DNA of 64,000 nt from assembly GCA_951406725.2 (NCBI GenBank), contig OX597840.1:38254001-38318000 (forward strand), written 5' to 3'. Position 1 is the first letter of the stretch. The number at the start of each line of letters is the position of its first letter. This document shows positions 1 through 16,640 of this stretch, in pieces. This DNA comes from Octopus vulgaris. Taxonomy: Eukaryota. Made by a program: the position numbers and the translations under genes. The notes beneath the pieces were generated by a model, which searched no databases, had not been told where the DNA came from, and worked only from the letters and a program-made list of their open reading frames with translations.

Positions 1-398
1 ACGACGGGAAAGAAGCAGCCGAAGATGTATGTGAGAAGGAAAATATGATAAAAGATAATAAATATATAAATAAATATGTAAATAAACTATCTTATGAATG
101 GACTTTGGCTGTTTGGCTGATTGCTTTGCAGGCAGGTTTCTTTCGTCTCACATATTAAATTTCGCAGACTTAGAATAGTTTAAAAGTTGTCACCGAATAA
201 ACCAATTTCTTCGCAAACTACGTGTTTTGTGTGAACAGCTATATGCCTGGCAGCACACGAAGAAATGAAATCTTTATTTAGATGAAAGCGAACTACACAG
301 TTCGAAAACCCTTCGAGATGTGAATGGCGATATTCGTTGCCTTGGAAATAGGCGACAGTAATTTATATGAAAATCATATACGATGTAAGAAAAATCTA

Positions 399-772
<374 letters not shown>

Positions 773-1868
773 GGGGGAGATATGTAGATTCATATGCAAT
801 TCAACAGTTCCTTTGATATGAATAAGCACATTTGGCAACTTATTAAAGGGCCGCATGCTGTGTGAAGTATGCAGTAATATTGTTATTATTAAAAAGTTAC
901 GCGGTGCCATATTTGCTGAGAATGAGAGCGAAATGTCCTTGCTACTTTTCAATTTTGTGTCAATAAGATATGACTTTAAATATTATTAATGCCTTGTTTT
1001 AATTACATTCAATTTTGCATGGCAGAAAATGGATGATATTACCAAATGTATGAAGATGGAAGCGGAAATCACATCGCCGTATCTTGCAGTAGTTTCTAAG
1101 CTTTCTTTAAGGTTTAAGTTCTAATTTTCTCGCTGGTTAATTCATCTCACTTTGAGGCAAATGACGAGATACAAGGTACGGCAAATTTACCACTTTTCCG
1201 TAAATTGTTCAACATCGTACTGGATTTAGAAGGGGATTAACTTTTACCTGAGTTCATCGATCCAGTTCAGGGGATTTGGCCATTTACCTGGATCAAAGTA
1301 ACACATCAACATCATATGTCCGAATCGAGTGATGAGACGTAAATATCTAAACCTGGGCTGTTGGTCTTTCTATGACTGAAATCTCTCATCTGCATCTGCG
1401 ACGAGTACAGATTATTAAAGTAATTCACGCAGTTGACAGACTCTTGTCGTCATCCGCTCAGCGTCCAGTAATATTCACCATTGACTCAGTAAGTTCCTCT
1501 GCCAAAATAGTTACATCCACATTGCTGAATCTGATGATTTCCACATACCATGTTTTTGTTTGGTTCCACGCTATTTACTATTTAGTAAGGATCCTGACAA
1601 GCTGTTACAACTCATTGTTGATGTAAACCTGAGAAGTGTAGTGGCTAAAAGTTGCTGCGACGCCCCCTCAAAACTTGCACATTCTGAACAAGGGTCCCAG
1701 TGCCAGATGCATGTTAAAGTCATACCAGACTAACTGACTACTTGGTAAAATTATTAATTATTAATTAAATAATTGATTAATTTATTAATTTATTTTACCC
1801 TTTATTACATATATACGTATATATATGTATGTATGTATGTATGCATGTATGTATGTATGTATATATGC

Positions 1869-1905
<37 letters not shown>

Positions 1906-1906
1906 C

Positions 1907-1950
<44 letters not shown>

Positions 1951-3184
1951 GCATGCACATATTTATCGAAAAGTGCAAAGAATGTCTTCGGTTGCTATGG
2001 TATCAAGACCTGCACTTTGCTAATCAGTTGCGTCCCTAGCACCATTACGGAAGCAGGAAAATAATGAATTTGGAACAATTCTATCATAAATTATTTACAC
2101 GTACGGAAAAATGTAATTATTCACCGAATTAAATTGTCAAGTGTAGACACTGATGAATAATAGACACGCTGAAATCGTTAACAACTTTCAAAAAGTAATG
2201 GATTACCCATTGCTGAATGTGCTTGAGGTGGGAGAATTCTTGACAGAGTTATGAATTGGAGATACAAAGATTAACGAAACCGAAAATTCAGAAAGTAAAA
2301 CCTCGTTGTTTCCTGCGTCTCATTGCCCAGTTTGAATGATAATATCTTGGGAAGACTTTTTTCGAAAGTAATTATCAATATGGAGGTTGAAAGTAGGAAA
2401 TGTTTGCGAAGGGAATCGAGCTGTAATTTAAGGAAATTGGACGCGGCTGCGTTCCTTATTCACATCTGCTCTCTCTTTGTATTTTCGTTTCATCAGAAAT
2501 CATTCACAGCCAATAAGAGCACACCGAATTTCGTTCCTTCAATGGAACCAAATTCTGGATAGCAAGAGATTCGAACGATGATGATGATGACGAAAATGAA
2601 ACCACGATGAGGATGATGATGATGATGATGGTGCTGGTGGTGGTGAAGATTTTGACCATGGGATGTCTCATTAACTTTCACCAATTCTGAGACAATCGCG
2701 CAGCTTTCAAACTCAAATACCTATTTTTTCTCGATAGAATTGTAATTTCTCTCAACATGAAAACAGAGAGATAACATTACTAGCCAGACACCCTAAACAA
2801 ACGATGTTGTTCTCTTTAGAAAGTGATTTTTAACATAATCACAATGCCTTACATTTTAGAGGTGATAGAAAACAACAATCGATTATATTGAAAACTGTAT
2901 TTTTGATAGATTATCGATTCCCAGAAAATTAAAGTCAAAATCCACACGGTAGCATTGAAAGTTGGTATACAAAGCGACGTAATTAGATACTTGTTGAAAG
3001 TCTCCATGGCTCTACCGATGATCATTTGTAATATTAATTTATCATTTTATGTAACCTGAACGAAAAAAAAATATTGCTTTCAATGGAGAATTCTTTGAAG
3101 GCGATAAAAGTTTGAACATATAAAACTAAGTGAATAAAATATTTCAAAATTGCCGTTTCTTTGGGTACCAATCGAATTAACTGT

Positions 3185-3520
3185 GAAGGCACACGACTCT
3201 CTGATTAGAGCGTCGAGATCACAATGACGAGGCAGAGAGTTCGATTCCTAGACCCGGATGGGTGTTGTATTCTTGAGCAAGTCACTTTTCATGTTGCTCC
3301 AGTTCACTCATCTGTAGCAATGTGTTGCGATGTCACTGGTGCCAAGCTGTATCGACCCCTTTGCCTTTCGCTTGGATAACATCGGTGGCACGGAGAGGGG
3401 TGGCCGATACCCATGGGTGACTGCTGTTCTTCTATGAACAACCGTACCGTGACTGGTGCCTCGGAGGGGTAACTCTCTAGGTGCAATCCCATGGAAATTC
3501 GTGACCGAAGGGGGTCTTTA
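3185..3520 (+). mobile_element. Degenerate tRNA-derived SINE
   Basis: Head with B-box-like GAGTTCGATTCC, followed by TTCTTGAGCAAGTCACTT...TTGCTCCAG, typical of conserved SINE central domains. Confidence 0.6.
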
Positions 3521-3704
3521 CAGTTCGTCCAGCAAATCATCCACCAGCACCGATTGTCTTGCAGTGGGGGAACACACACAATATTACAAAACACATACAC
3601 ATAAAAACATATACACATACTCATATACACAGCGTCCATCCACAAAGTCTTTGTCTACTAAACCCGCTAACAATTCTTTAGTTGGGTCGAGGTTATACCC
3701 TTTT

Positions 3705-4230
3705 ACTCTTTTACTTGTTTCAGTCATTTGACTGCGGCCATGCTAGAGCACCACCTTTAGTCGAGCAAATCGATCCAAGGACTTATTATTTGGAAGCCTA
3801 GTACTTATTCTATCAGTGTCTTTTGACGAACCTTTAAGTCACGGGGACGTAAATACACTAGGATCGATTGTTAAGCGATGCTGGGGGACAAACACAGACA
3901 CACAAGCACATACACACACACACACATATATATATACGACAGGCTTCTTTCAGTTTCTGTCTACCAAATCCACAAATCGAACTCAAATATTTATCTCTAT
4001 TTAACCATCTTACATCGTCTCTGATGAAGGGATATCAATAATATCTCAGAAACAGCTGTAAGACTATATCTATATCTTTCTCCTTATAAATGTCCCGAAA
4101 ATTCGGTCTACCAAATCCACTTTGGTCGGCTCGAGGCGATAGCAGAAGACACTTGCCCAAGGTGTCACGCAGTGGGGATGAACCCAGAACCATGCGGTTG
4201 TTAAGGAAGCTGCATACCACGCATCCACCT
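3705..4230 (-). mobile_element. tRNA-derived SINE family A copy, interrupted by a 132-bp insert
   Basis: Same sequence blocks (TTACTTGTTTCAGTCATTTGACTGC; GAAGACACTTGCCCAAGGTG; ACCATG.GGTTG) recur at 8130, 19080 and 33280, and in reverse at 38773. Confidence 0.8.
4017..4064 (+). ncRNA. Minimal type I hammerhead ribozyme (Penelope/retrozyme-type)
   Basis: GTCT-CTGATGA-AGGGATAT(CAATA)ATATCTCA-GAA-ACAGCTGT-A-AGAC: complete core, stems I-III, palindromic stem III, GUA cleavage triplet. Confidence 0.8.
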
Positions 4231-5953
4231 CTGCGCCGGGAAAATACTTTACCAAGCTGCCGTGCAGTGGGACTGAACTGTAGACAATAAGCTTACGAAG
4301 ACAGCTTCCCAAGCAAAACCACCATACCTGCGTCTATCTGTGCCTTTCTGCCGACCAGAATTGGTTGTGTAATGGAAGATAGGGGGGTTCAATTCGGTGC
4401 ATTTGATGTATTGAAAGGCATAACACGTTTCATATTCGCTTCTCCATTAATTTCTAATATCAGATCGTAAAGGGAGATAACGTGTTATTTCATTGAAATG
4501 AATATATAACTTTTAATTTTCGAATGAAATAAAATTGAATTATTCTGCAAAAGCAGGAAATAAATCGTTGCATGCAGGTATTTTCTTCCCCAATTAATTT
4601 TACCGCATTAAAAGACAGCACCAACTCTTTAATTAAAACGCAGATAATAGATTTGAGAATGCGGATTTATTGCCCTGTTATTAGAAAACGTTATTAAAAT
4701 GTATAAAGAGTAATTTGGAAAGCAAGGAATAAATGTAAATGTCATTGAGGAATACACGGAATACAAAGAATGGTTTTACACCGAATTGAGAAAGGAATTA
4801 CAGATTCCATTGCGTGAAACCTATTTGCGAAGTTGTTAAGAATTTCAATCATTTCAAACAAACTTGTAACATATTGAACCTACAAAAATGCCATTTTGAC
4901 AATGCTTTTCTGGGGAGTAAGGCAACAGGAGTATATATTATACTATATGGGGAGCCATGGAGTGGTTTTGACGATTTTGATCATTTATTTAAGGCTATAA
5001 TTTTTCCCCGTGGTAAACCACAGTAAAAATGGTCTTTTTAAAAGTCAAATATATTTGAACTGATCGAAAAGTTAGTTTATTTTCCAACACTTTGCTTCAC
5101 GTAATAACCATGTATATGATAGTGTGTAGAAATATATGATATTTCCGTAGTGAAGAACAATTCATTCTTTCTTCCTTTACAGTTCTCAACGTAAATAGTT
5201 TATATTTTTGATTGAATGAGATACGAAAGTTATACCTGCTCTCAAACTTGGATTCTTAGACAAAATAACAAAAGTTCCGTCAGTATTACAAGCTTTATTA
5301 CGAACTGCCATACAAACAAATTCCTGTCTACACGTAATCGGTTGCTATATATCACCAGATGGCAGTGTCTCAGATTGTCCCTTATTGGCGATGCTGTGAC
5401 TTTGAGGTTCAGACTTTTGTTTCCAATGCACGTCGTATTGAGTCCAGTACCACTTTGGGCAAAGAGACTTCTACTAAACACCGGGCTGACCAAAGTCTTG
5501 TGGTAGAAATGGAGAATGGAAGTAAAGAACACTGTGGTGTAGAAATGTATATACTTATGCCTCTGTGTGTCTTTGTGTTTGTCTTTTATTTGTTCCCTGC
5601 CATCACTTTAAAACCGACGTTGGTTTGTTTACGGACCACAGTTTACACTTCGGCAAAAGACAGCTACAGAAGAATTTCCAGACATGGAAATGTACTGGGA
5701 TCCTCGGGTGTGACAAAATCCATGAAGGCGGTGCAGAGGCACAGTTCTTGAGGGATGAGCAAAAGAAGAATAAAGAAAAAAAAGAAGATTCACTTTATCC
5801 TTCGATATTTTCAGCTAATCAGCTTATTGTGGAGAATATATATTTATCATTTTCAGTTCCAACCTAAAATCAGAAACGTTGCAATAAGATAATCACGGCA
5901 TAAGTAAAACATTTGTATTATCACTGTAGCTGGTTACTTAATTTATTTTGTTA

Positions 5954-5993
<40 letters not shown>

Positions 5994-6176
5994 ACACAAT
6001 TTGGATGTTTTCACTCCTCTAGGATAAGAACAGCTAATTAGTGTAATCTTCTCCATCATTTTTCCTGATGACGTTTCATTATGAATTCTTCGCTGTGATC
6101 AGAACGAGCACGCGAAAACAAATGCTATTATAAAAGAGAATAACGAACAGTTTCAAGGTGATAATTTTGATTTTAA

Positions 6177-7477
<1,301 letters not shown>

Positions 7478-7494
7478 TTTTGTTATCTTACCGT

Positions 7495-7547
<53 letters not shown>

Positions 7548-7899
7548 ATATATATATATATGTATATTTTATCTATGCACAAACGAGCATACAGGTACGT
7601 ACACAGACTCACACATGCACACACACGCGCACCTCCCCACACATAACCCCCACACATATATATATATATTTAACAGTATCAGCGCCAAGTAGTGATTAGG
7701 TGTACGCGCACTTAAGGTTAGTCAAAATGTGTTTATTAAAGGTGTAAAAACCTCATATATGTAGCGTATTCCCAGACGCGGCCTTTGTGCATCTTTAGCA
7801 AATATGGTGTTTTATACACACATTCGAATGGAAAAGATTTTCTTTCCTCCCAGGGAATTTGCCTTTACAAGTTCAGATACGTCACAAACATGTTTTAAC

Positions 7900-8100
7900 A
7901 AACTTAAAATTCGCATATATACATCGACCGTTAGCTCCTACACGCATTTTTTCTCTCCTTGTTTCTTTTCTGTGTATCTTTCTGTCGAAGAGCGTAGACT
8001 CGAAACGTAAAAGACTTGTTCTATTTCTATTCCTGAGCGCCATATTAAAAAATTTGTTTGTTTGTACTCGTCTTTTGTTTATTTTTGTAAACCTTCCCGT
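7900..8100 (+). mobile_element. Penelope-like pLTR fragment with hammerhead-like motif (7977-8014)
   Basis: TCTTT-CTGTCGA-AGAGCGTAGACTC-GAA-ACGT-A-AAAGA; homologous to 14140-14295; ends in (AT)n. Confidence 0.55.
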
Positions 8101-8129
8101 TATATATATATATATATATATATATAAAT

Positions 8130-8503
8130 GTACTCTTACTTGTTTCAGTCATTTGACTGCAGCCTTGCTGGAGCACCGCCTTCAATCGAGCAAATCGACC
8201 TCAGAGCTTAATCTTTGTAAGCCTAGTACTTATTCTATCGGCGTCCTTTGCCTAACTGCTAAGTTACGGAGACATAACCCTACCGGCATCGGTTGTCAAG
8301 CGATGTAGGGGGCACAAACACAGACACACAAATACATACACACATACACATATACTATGAGCTACATACATGCATATACTACGAGCTTCTTCCAGTTTCC
8401 GTCTATCAAATACACTCGCAAGGATGTAATCGGTCCGAGGCTATAATAGAAGACACTTGCCCAAGGTGCCAGTTGTAGGATTGGACCCGAGACCATGTGG
8501 TTG
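8130..8503 (-). mobile_element. SINE family A copy
   Basis: Colinear with the 3705-4230 copy. Confidence 0.85.
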
Positions 8504-9350
8504 CTCATCAGGCTAAGAAAAAGACATATTGCATGAGGAGATAAATGCCCACTTATGCATATTACAGTAAAGGAGAGGTAAATCTGTAATTTTGGTTTTG
8601 GTCTGTATTTTATTCTGGATTTATATCTTACAATAAATGGGGTAAGTCTTTTATATTTAATATGGGTTCATATTTAATTCAGGTTTATATTTTTGAATGC
8701 ATGAGGCTCCTGTATTCAGTCTTGCTTGGTGTGAGGACCGGAAAGGTAGTTGCTTCAATGAAAAAAATTACGAATTATTGTTGTAATCGTTCTGCACATT
8801 CGTCAGTGTTTTGACTGCGATATATTTGGCGATAGTTCTTTATTGATTCATTCTGCTATTTCTTCTGAATATTGGTCCGGCCCCAAACGGGTTGCTTCTT
8901 TTCACTTGCACCTCCCAAAACCATATTTACGTAATCAGATGCTCGGGCTGCCATCGAAACTATATTCGTTCGACAGGAATGTCCGTCAGAAGGTAACGTA
9001 CGGTCCACCGACAAAATTATCCTCCCCCACAATATCGTCATATATATCTCAGCCGACATATTGGCGAATGTGCAGAAGGGTTACAATTACGAATCCATTT
9101 TCTCTAATTGCTTTCAGGTCCTCAGACGTAAGACTGAATAAAGAAGCCTCATTTATTAAAAAGCATAAACCAGAAAGAAATATGAACCCATATTATAAAT
9201 ATAATACTTACCCCCATCTAATGTAAGATATAAGCCAGAATAAAATACAGACCAAATTAAAAATTACAGATTTACCTGCATTTTACCGTGAAATACCTGA
9301 GGGAACAATAATCTTGCCTAGCAATATGAGTTTTTATCTGTTTGATGAGC
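8504..9350. mobile_element. Old Penelope-like relic with diverged inverted arms (~8504-8835 / ~9031-9350)
   Basis: AGGTAAATCTGTAATTTT..TTTGGTCTGTATTTTATTCTGG is inverted at ~9235-9277. The right arm translates to SRHIGECAEG...RLNKEASFIKKHKPERN, like a PLE GIY-YIG C-terminus. Confidence 0.6.
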
Positions 9351-9516
9351 GTTGTAAAACCTGTTCTTTCTTTAATTATTTTGCAAGAACGAAATCCTAT
9401 TTTGTACAAAATTGTAAAATATCTTTATTATTATGACTCTAATATACTCTCTAATCCTGTCTATAATCTTTATATGCCCTTCAATCCTGTAAAACAAATC
9501 TTCTGTGCATTTTCAT

Positions 9517-9617
<101 letters not shown>

Positions 9618-9919
9618 TAAACACACCTATATATACATGTATATATATGAATATACATATACAAATATATATATATATACACATATATACATATATATAC
9701 ATATATATATATATATATACTTACATATATATACGTTCATATATATGGTGGTTTATCTACTCCTTATGCATAGTTTGCCCACCTTTTTTGCCTATACCAT
9801 AGAACTATCATGGCATAAAATGTGGCTTTTTAAACCTTACAATAGTTTGACGAGACGCCCGCATAGATTACATATCCGATTTGTACCACCAGCAATGAAT
9901 ATTGCAAAGATTGTGGGTA

Positions 9920-10095
9920 AATCTCCATTTTCCACAATGCACTTCCATCTATCTGGTAAACTTGGAAGTCTCCTCTTCCACAATTAATTCCTCCGTTACG
10001 AAGAATACTTCTCCGGTACTGTTCTGAGCTCGTCTACAGAATTCATAAGTTTCCATCGAAAGGATTTCGAAAATACTGGAATAAATGATAATCAG
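9920..10095 (-). pseudogene. mariner transposase C-terminal relic
   Basis: Minus strand reads YHLFQYFRNPFDG..NSVDELRTVPEKYSS*..LWKRRLPSLPDRWKCIVENGD, matching the mariner DYHLF...LP.RW..IVENG motifs; interrupted by stops. Confidence 0.65.
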
Positions 10096-11367
10096 CAATT
10101 ACTCATTTTCTTAGAATGTTGACACTGGTAGGGTATCCCGTCCCCCTCAGACTTTTATTTCAGGCAATTGAAACAACCGCATTATTCATAGGATGACCAA
10201 ATATATACTTAGCTAAGATGGACCAGTCTGTGGGAAATATTGAGCGAGGAATCTGCATAAACAGGCATAACATCAGTTTTTTATATACATACTCACAAAG
10301 TAATTTTCAATAGCTTTTTCACAACACAGTACGGCAAACGCTACTCTGCCTAGAATCGCAATGAAAATGGGAACATGCATACATGAACCCACGAGGTTTT
10401 CTGTAGAGTATGAAGGTCATTCTAAATGATGTAAAACATTTACTGGTTTCGATAACGCATCGGTTAAGCTTGACTCACGATTATCACTTTATTTTCCACC
10501 AAACACAAACTTCACAACATACGCCTGAATTTAGAAAACATGAAGCATTTATAAACAGATTTCTTATGGAAAAGATTTCTGGAAGCCACGTGAGTATAAA
10601 GCCACATTAAACAAGAACAGGTGATTTTTACATTTAGCCAAAGACGTTAATTTTCAGCTAAAAGTGTATTCAATATTTTTGTATCACAAAATATAGTGAA
10701 AGAAATAAAGACAAGACGAGCCTCAACTAAATAAATAATAAGTCTGCTGAAGGACCTAATTTCGGTGTGAATTGAGACACCTGTGACAAACATTGTACAA
10801 ACCTTGTGAAGTGGAACGATCCGACTAGTTTCATTGTTAAATGACCGCTGTCAATTATTGATCACACATCGATCGCGTTTCCTTATATTGTTGATTACAG
10901 GAGATGAATGACTCATAATGAGTCTTTACAGAAATACACATGCCCACATACGACCACTCATACTTACACCCAGACACATATACAAAGTGGCAAAAACGCG
11001 TACTTTAAAAGCATCTGAGTTTGCAGGCAAAATATTCTAAAAAAAAAAATTAACTATATTAATAAATAATAAGCGAATAAATCGAAGTAGCGGAAACGAT
11101 AACAAGTTAAAGAATTTATAAATTACCTTTCTTCTAGAATAAGATATCGCGAATGTAAATAAGTAATTCTCTCAAAGTAAAGGAACATAATATACATACA
11201 TACATATATACATACATACGTGTGTGCGCGCGTGTGTGTATTTATATGTATAAAGATAAAACAAAGTTAAAAGCACATACACAACAGCAGCAACAAAAAC
11301 ATCAATAAAAGAGCACAAAATTTCAATACCCACAACAAAACTTTAAAAGAATGCATTTAATCAAAGT

Positions 11368-11370
<3 letters not shown>

Positions 11371-11401
<31 letters not shown>

Positions 11402-11427
11402 TATTATTGTTATTATTATTGTTATTA

Positions 11428-11464
<37 letters not shown>

Positions 11465-11594
11465 CTTCATCATCATAATCATCATTATTATTATCATTAT
11501 TATTATCATTATTATTATTATTAATATTATTATTATGACCATCATTATTATTATTATTATTAATATTAGTATTATGATCATCATTATTATTATA

Positions 11595-11626
<32 letters not shown>

Positions 11627-11718
11627 TATTTTTATCATCATCATCATCACCATCATCATCATCATCCTTATTATTATTACTATCATTATTATTATTTCTA
11701 TCATTATTATTATTATTA

Positions 11719-11764
<46 letters not shown>

Positions 11765-11775
11765 CATCATTATTG
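11371..11775. repeat. (ATT)n/(ATC)n compound microsatellite
   Basis: Directly visible. Confidence 0.95.
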
Positions 11776-12048
11776 TTGTTTACTTTCTTTATTCCTGAGA
11801 ATAAATAAGTAGAATAGAATATTAATCATTTTATGTTGCCAACCATTCGCAATCTTGAAACATTAAGCGCAAGGCAGGCCGGGAAATTTTGAGACAATAG
11901 ATGTTTAATTACCTGCTCGGGATCCAACATGATGGAAAGTAAACATAAAACTTATCTCGTGTGAATTTTCTATTTTTCCTATTTAATTAGCCAGTCTGTT
12001 GCAGAATCTATACTCCGCGCGCACATGCTGTCAACACGCACACACCTT

Positions 12049-12093
<45 letters not shown>

Positions 12094-12120
12094 GATATAT
12101 ATGTATATGTATATATATAT

Positions 12121-12155
<35 letters not shown>

Positions 12156-12197
12156 GATATATATGTATATGTATATATATATGTAATATATATATAT

Positions 12198-12233
<36 letters not shown>

Positions 12234-14139
12234 CAATATATATGTATATGTATATGTATGTATATTTATGTATATATATATATATACACACGCGTATATA
12301 TGTTATATATTAATATACACACAGATATGTATATATACGTACCTTTTCATATGTTATTTATTACATATATACATATACATATGTATGTATGTATATGCGT
12401 ATACACAGATACCTATAAGTATATGTGTATGTATATGGAAACGTATGCATAAGTATGTGTATGTCTATGTTCGTGTGTGCGTATATGTGTATGTATGTGT
12501 GTGTGTGTATAAATAATCTATAATTTCGAAATATGTGATTTTATATAATTTTTTTCTCCTATTTTTCACTTGTTTATATACACAGAACGTTTCGGAAAGC
12601 AATTAAAAGGGCGTATGAATCATTTAATTTCATTAAACTCGGAATAAAATATTTAGCTTCAGTAAATGACTGCCGTGTATGTTAGGAAAAAATAATATGT
12701 ACAGCAAACACAAGGGAACATTAAATGTTTTTGCGTCGCAGTTGAGGTTTTTCATTGTCGCGCTTGTGTGTTTTGTCTTGTTGGCTTAAAATTAAGCTAA
12801 TTTTCCGGGTCTAAATCCCTAGAGACGCTAACAAATTGTAAAGAAACCCGATGGTTATCGAATTATTGACATGAAATTTATTGTTATGTGCCTGTGCACA
12901 CACACACACACACATACATGCACATACGTGCGAATGAGATTTATGCAGTGTTTGTGCAATTATAAATGGAAATGTGCCAATGTTGCAAGTAAACAACAGC
13001 AGTAAAACTACACATAAAATCGTACAACAATATATATATGAAAACATACGATCATATATACACACGTTTATATATACACACATATATATGTATATATATG
13101 TATATATATGTATATATATATATATATATATATAAATATATATATATGTATATACAGATTTACATCTATATACACAAAATATATATTGAGTTGCGAGACG
13201 AAGTGATAAAAGTACGAAGATTTATTAAGAGAATATTTGATATATAAGCATGACGGTCCATAAAATTCGTAAGGCTACATACTGTACCATCTGTAGGTAA
13301 CAACCGCTGCTGTTAGAGACTTGCCATAAAAAAGCGACTGTGTGTTCATTTCTTATTATTTCCCCAGTGTTAAGTTTTGCTATAAGTTTAAACTAAGAAG
13401 TTCGCTTGCTGTGTTGCCCTGGAAATAATTTTAAAGAATTGATTTGCTTCTTGTAAGATGTTGCATATACTAGACTGAATAATAAACTAGACGATTAATA
13501 AACTTCATTGATTAGTTAGAACTAATGAAGTTTATTAATCGTCTCAAATATATACGATGAAACCTTGTTTGATTTCAATCCTTAGTAGTTTCGAAAATAT
13601 TCAAACTGAAATCATAAAATATTTAATCAAGCAACCGACAGCTAATCCCTGAAATTCCTGGCCTAATTATAGCTATTACTTTAATACAATATACAGACAT
13701 ACAAGTGTAGCACATAAGGTGACATACTGAGCAGTAATTAATCTCAGCTGTTAATTACCGAGCTCAAATCCTACCAGTGAGTTTCGACATCAAAGACTTC
13801 AGAGAAATTAATTCAATGGAATATTCAATCTTGAAGTAATTCGTCACAAAATACTATTATATTTAAATGGAAACATAATGCAGTTCGCTTTAGCCATGGA
13901 CATGTTCAAAACTGCTTGTTTCTAACCTCGTATTCAGCGCAAACACCCACCCCTAAATTATTAGATTCTAATTGCGTTTTAATATATATCGATTCACAAT
14001 TCTTTATGATTTAATTTGTCATTAAAGCCATGATGTAAAACAGTTGTGCTGTCTTGAGGATGGTAGGCAAGGTACTATTGTGCTGAACCATAACGTGACG
14101 CATAGATGTTAATCGATAATGAAGATTCTAACTTTAGGT

Positions 14140-14290
14140 TAATTCCCTCCTACTTTCTTTCTCTGTTCATTTCTGTGGAAGAGCGTAGGCTCGAAACGTT
14201 AAAGACTTTTCCACTTCCCGAGCGTTAAACTAATACATTTGTTAGTAGTCTACACCACCTGTCTTCGACTTTGCTTTTGTTGTGAATTTC

Positions 14291-14295
<5 letters not shown>
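14140..14295 (+). mobile_element. Penelope-like pLTR fragment with hammerhead-like motif (~14173-14206)
   Basis: CTGTGGA-AGAGCGTAGGCTC-GAA-ACGT-T-AAAGAC; paralogous to 7977-8014. Confidence 0.55.
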
Positions 14296-14372
<77 letters not shown>

Positions 14373-15211
14373 GTAAATGTGTGTGTACATGCATGCATAT
14401 ACACTCTTATACATATACAGACACACATGCCTTGGAAATTAAATCGTAGTCGCAATCGGATAACACCAAAGAAGCAAAATATGCGAAGTTACGCTTACCT
14501 TCTGCCTCTCACCACCATCTCTCTCTCTCTCTCTCTCTCTCTCGAAATATATATATATATAAACATACATACATAAACATATTCAATCATAAACCCCCAT
14601 GTTTCTATACTTATAATGTGAGAAGTAATATACTTAGGTCCCCGTGCTCGTAAGCGTATGTACGTTGGTGAGAATTGGGACGAAGTTTCAAGTATTTACA
14701 AGGAAATATCAAAACCACATCGTTGTATGTGTTTTAAAAGCCTAATGGAATAAATGTACCATTTTATATCCTTATGCCAATGTGAAAGACCTCAGGGCAG
14801 GTTATATTGCACCTTTATGAGGATGGAAACTGTTGAAAGCGTACATTATAATCACTTTGCAATTCGTAAAGAATGGTATTGTAATATTTTCCTCCTCATA
14901 TGAGTTTTGTGTATTGTTGTCTAAGTTGAAGTCTCGATGTTCATCGCGGTAATAAATATCACATGGCATAAACAAACAGTCTATATTACGTAGAATTCGT
15001 CAGACGCTTTTGGGAGGATAACATATCTGGTTTCAATTTAGGATGGAAATTAGTTCATTTGAAGTATTTAAGCAAACAGTCGGAATCACTTCTTCCAATA
15101 TATGAGAGATTTTTGGTTGGAGGTGGAAACGGAGACGGAAATAGGCAATATATGTCAATGACGATTAAATGTGTTACTCTTCAGATGTATTTACAAGTAT
15201 CTACCTTAAAT

Positions 15212-15257
15212 TCTATCTATCTATCTATCTATCTATATATATATATATATATATATA

Positions 15258-15292
<35 letters not shown>

Positions 15293-15386
15293 GTCTGTCT
15301 ATCTATCTATCTATCTATATGTCTTACTATCTATCTATCTATCTATCTATATGTCTTACTATCTATCTATCTATCTATCTGTCTTA

Positions 15387-15420
<34 letters not shown>

Positions 15421-15600
15421 CTCTGTCTGTCCATCTATCTATCTATTTATCTATCTATCTATATGTCTTACTATCTATCTACCTATGTATCTATCTATCT
15501 AACTATCTATCTAACTGTCTGTCTGTCTATCTAATTATCTATCTATCTATCTATATATCTATTTATTTTTCTGCATGTCTGTCGCTCTGTCTGTCTGTCT
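15212..15600. repeat. (ATCT)n/(GTCT)n compound repeat
   Basis: Directly visible. Confidence 0.9.
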
Positions 15601-16493
15601 GTCTCTATGTCTCTCTGCCTGTCTGCCTGGGTGTCTGGTTTTCTGTTTATCTTTCTGTGTGTCTGTCTTTCTATCATTCAGTCTATCTGTCCCTCTGACT
15701 ATTTCTGTGTCTTCCTCTCCGCCTCTCTTCTTAGCTTCCTCGTCACCTGATATTTGTCTATTGATCTGTATACTTTTCTATGTGGTGTATATATACATTA
15801 ATTCGCAAGCCTATCAATCAATCTATATATTTATTTATTTATCTATCTGTCTGTTTTACTATCGATCTATATATTTATATATCTTTCTAATTATCTCTCT
15901 ATCTACCTATACAGCAATCTATGTGTAGTTATGCGTGTTTATACAACGTGCAGAAAGATAAGCAGACACGTTCATTCTATACTAAATACGTAATAAAATA
16001 AATATACTTCACTTAAAGAATAACTAACCATCTTAAGAAACGAAATAGTTCTGGCTGCCAAAAAAGCAGGTATCAGATAGCAATAAAGATGTCTCTTTTT
16101 ATTATCACAGACATATTATTAAATGATATATTATCTATATGCAGAAGTATAACTATATATGCCCAGGTTCGAATATACTGCGCAGAAAACTGATGAAGTT
16201 TCATTTGTAAAAACTGATGGTTGATGAAATACAATAAGGAAGAAATGTGTTTACCGAAAACCATACGACAGTGTGTCATATTGATTGGTTGCCGTGAATC
16301 TTTAAATATCTTCACCCACGTTTCCATTTTCTTTTGATTACTGCCATGCTGTAGCACCACCTTGAAAAATTTTATTCAAAATAGACCCCAGAAATTATTC
16401 TATCATCCATAATTGCCGAACCGCTGGTTACGGAAACGTAAGCATATCAACACCGGTTGTTATGCGGTTGTGCCGGACAAACACGTACACATG

Positions 16494-16529
<36 letters not shown>

Positions 16530-16549
16530 ATATATTTGCTTGTTAATAC

Positions 16550-16633
<84 letters not shown>

Positions 16634-16640
16634 GCGTGCA

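Noticed and set aside
2493-2684. His-rich short ORF
   Set aside because: (CAT)n-derived, non-ATG start, no recognisable domain or exon support.
10730-12890. Non-repetitive islands rich in TAAT, CATTGT and TGACTCA motifs (possible enhancers)
   Set aside because: Such motifs are expected by chance in AT-rich DNA; cross-species conservation or chromatin data would be needed.
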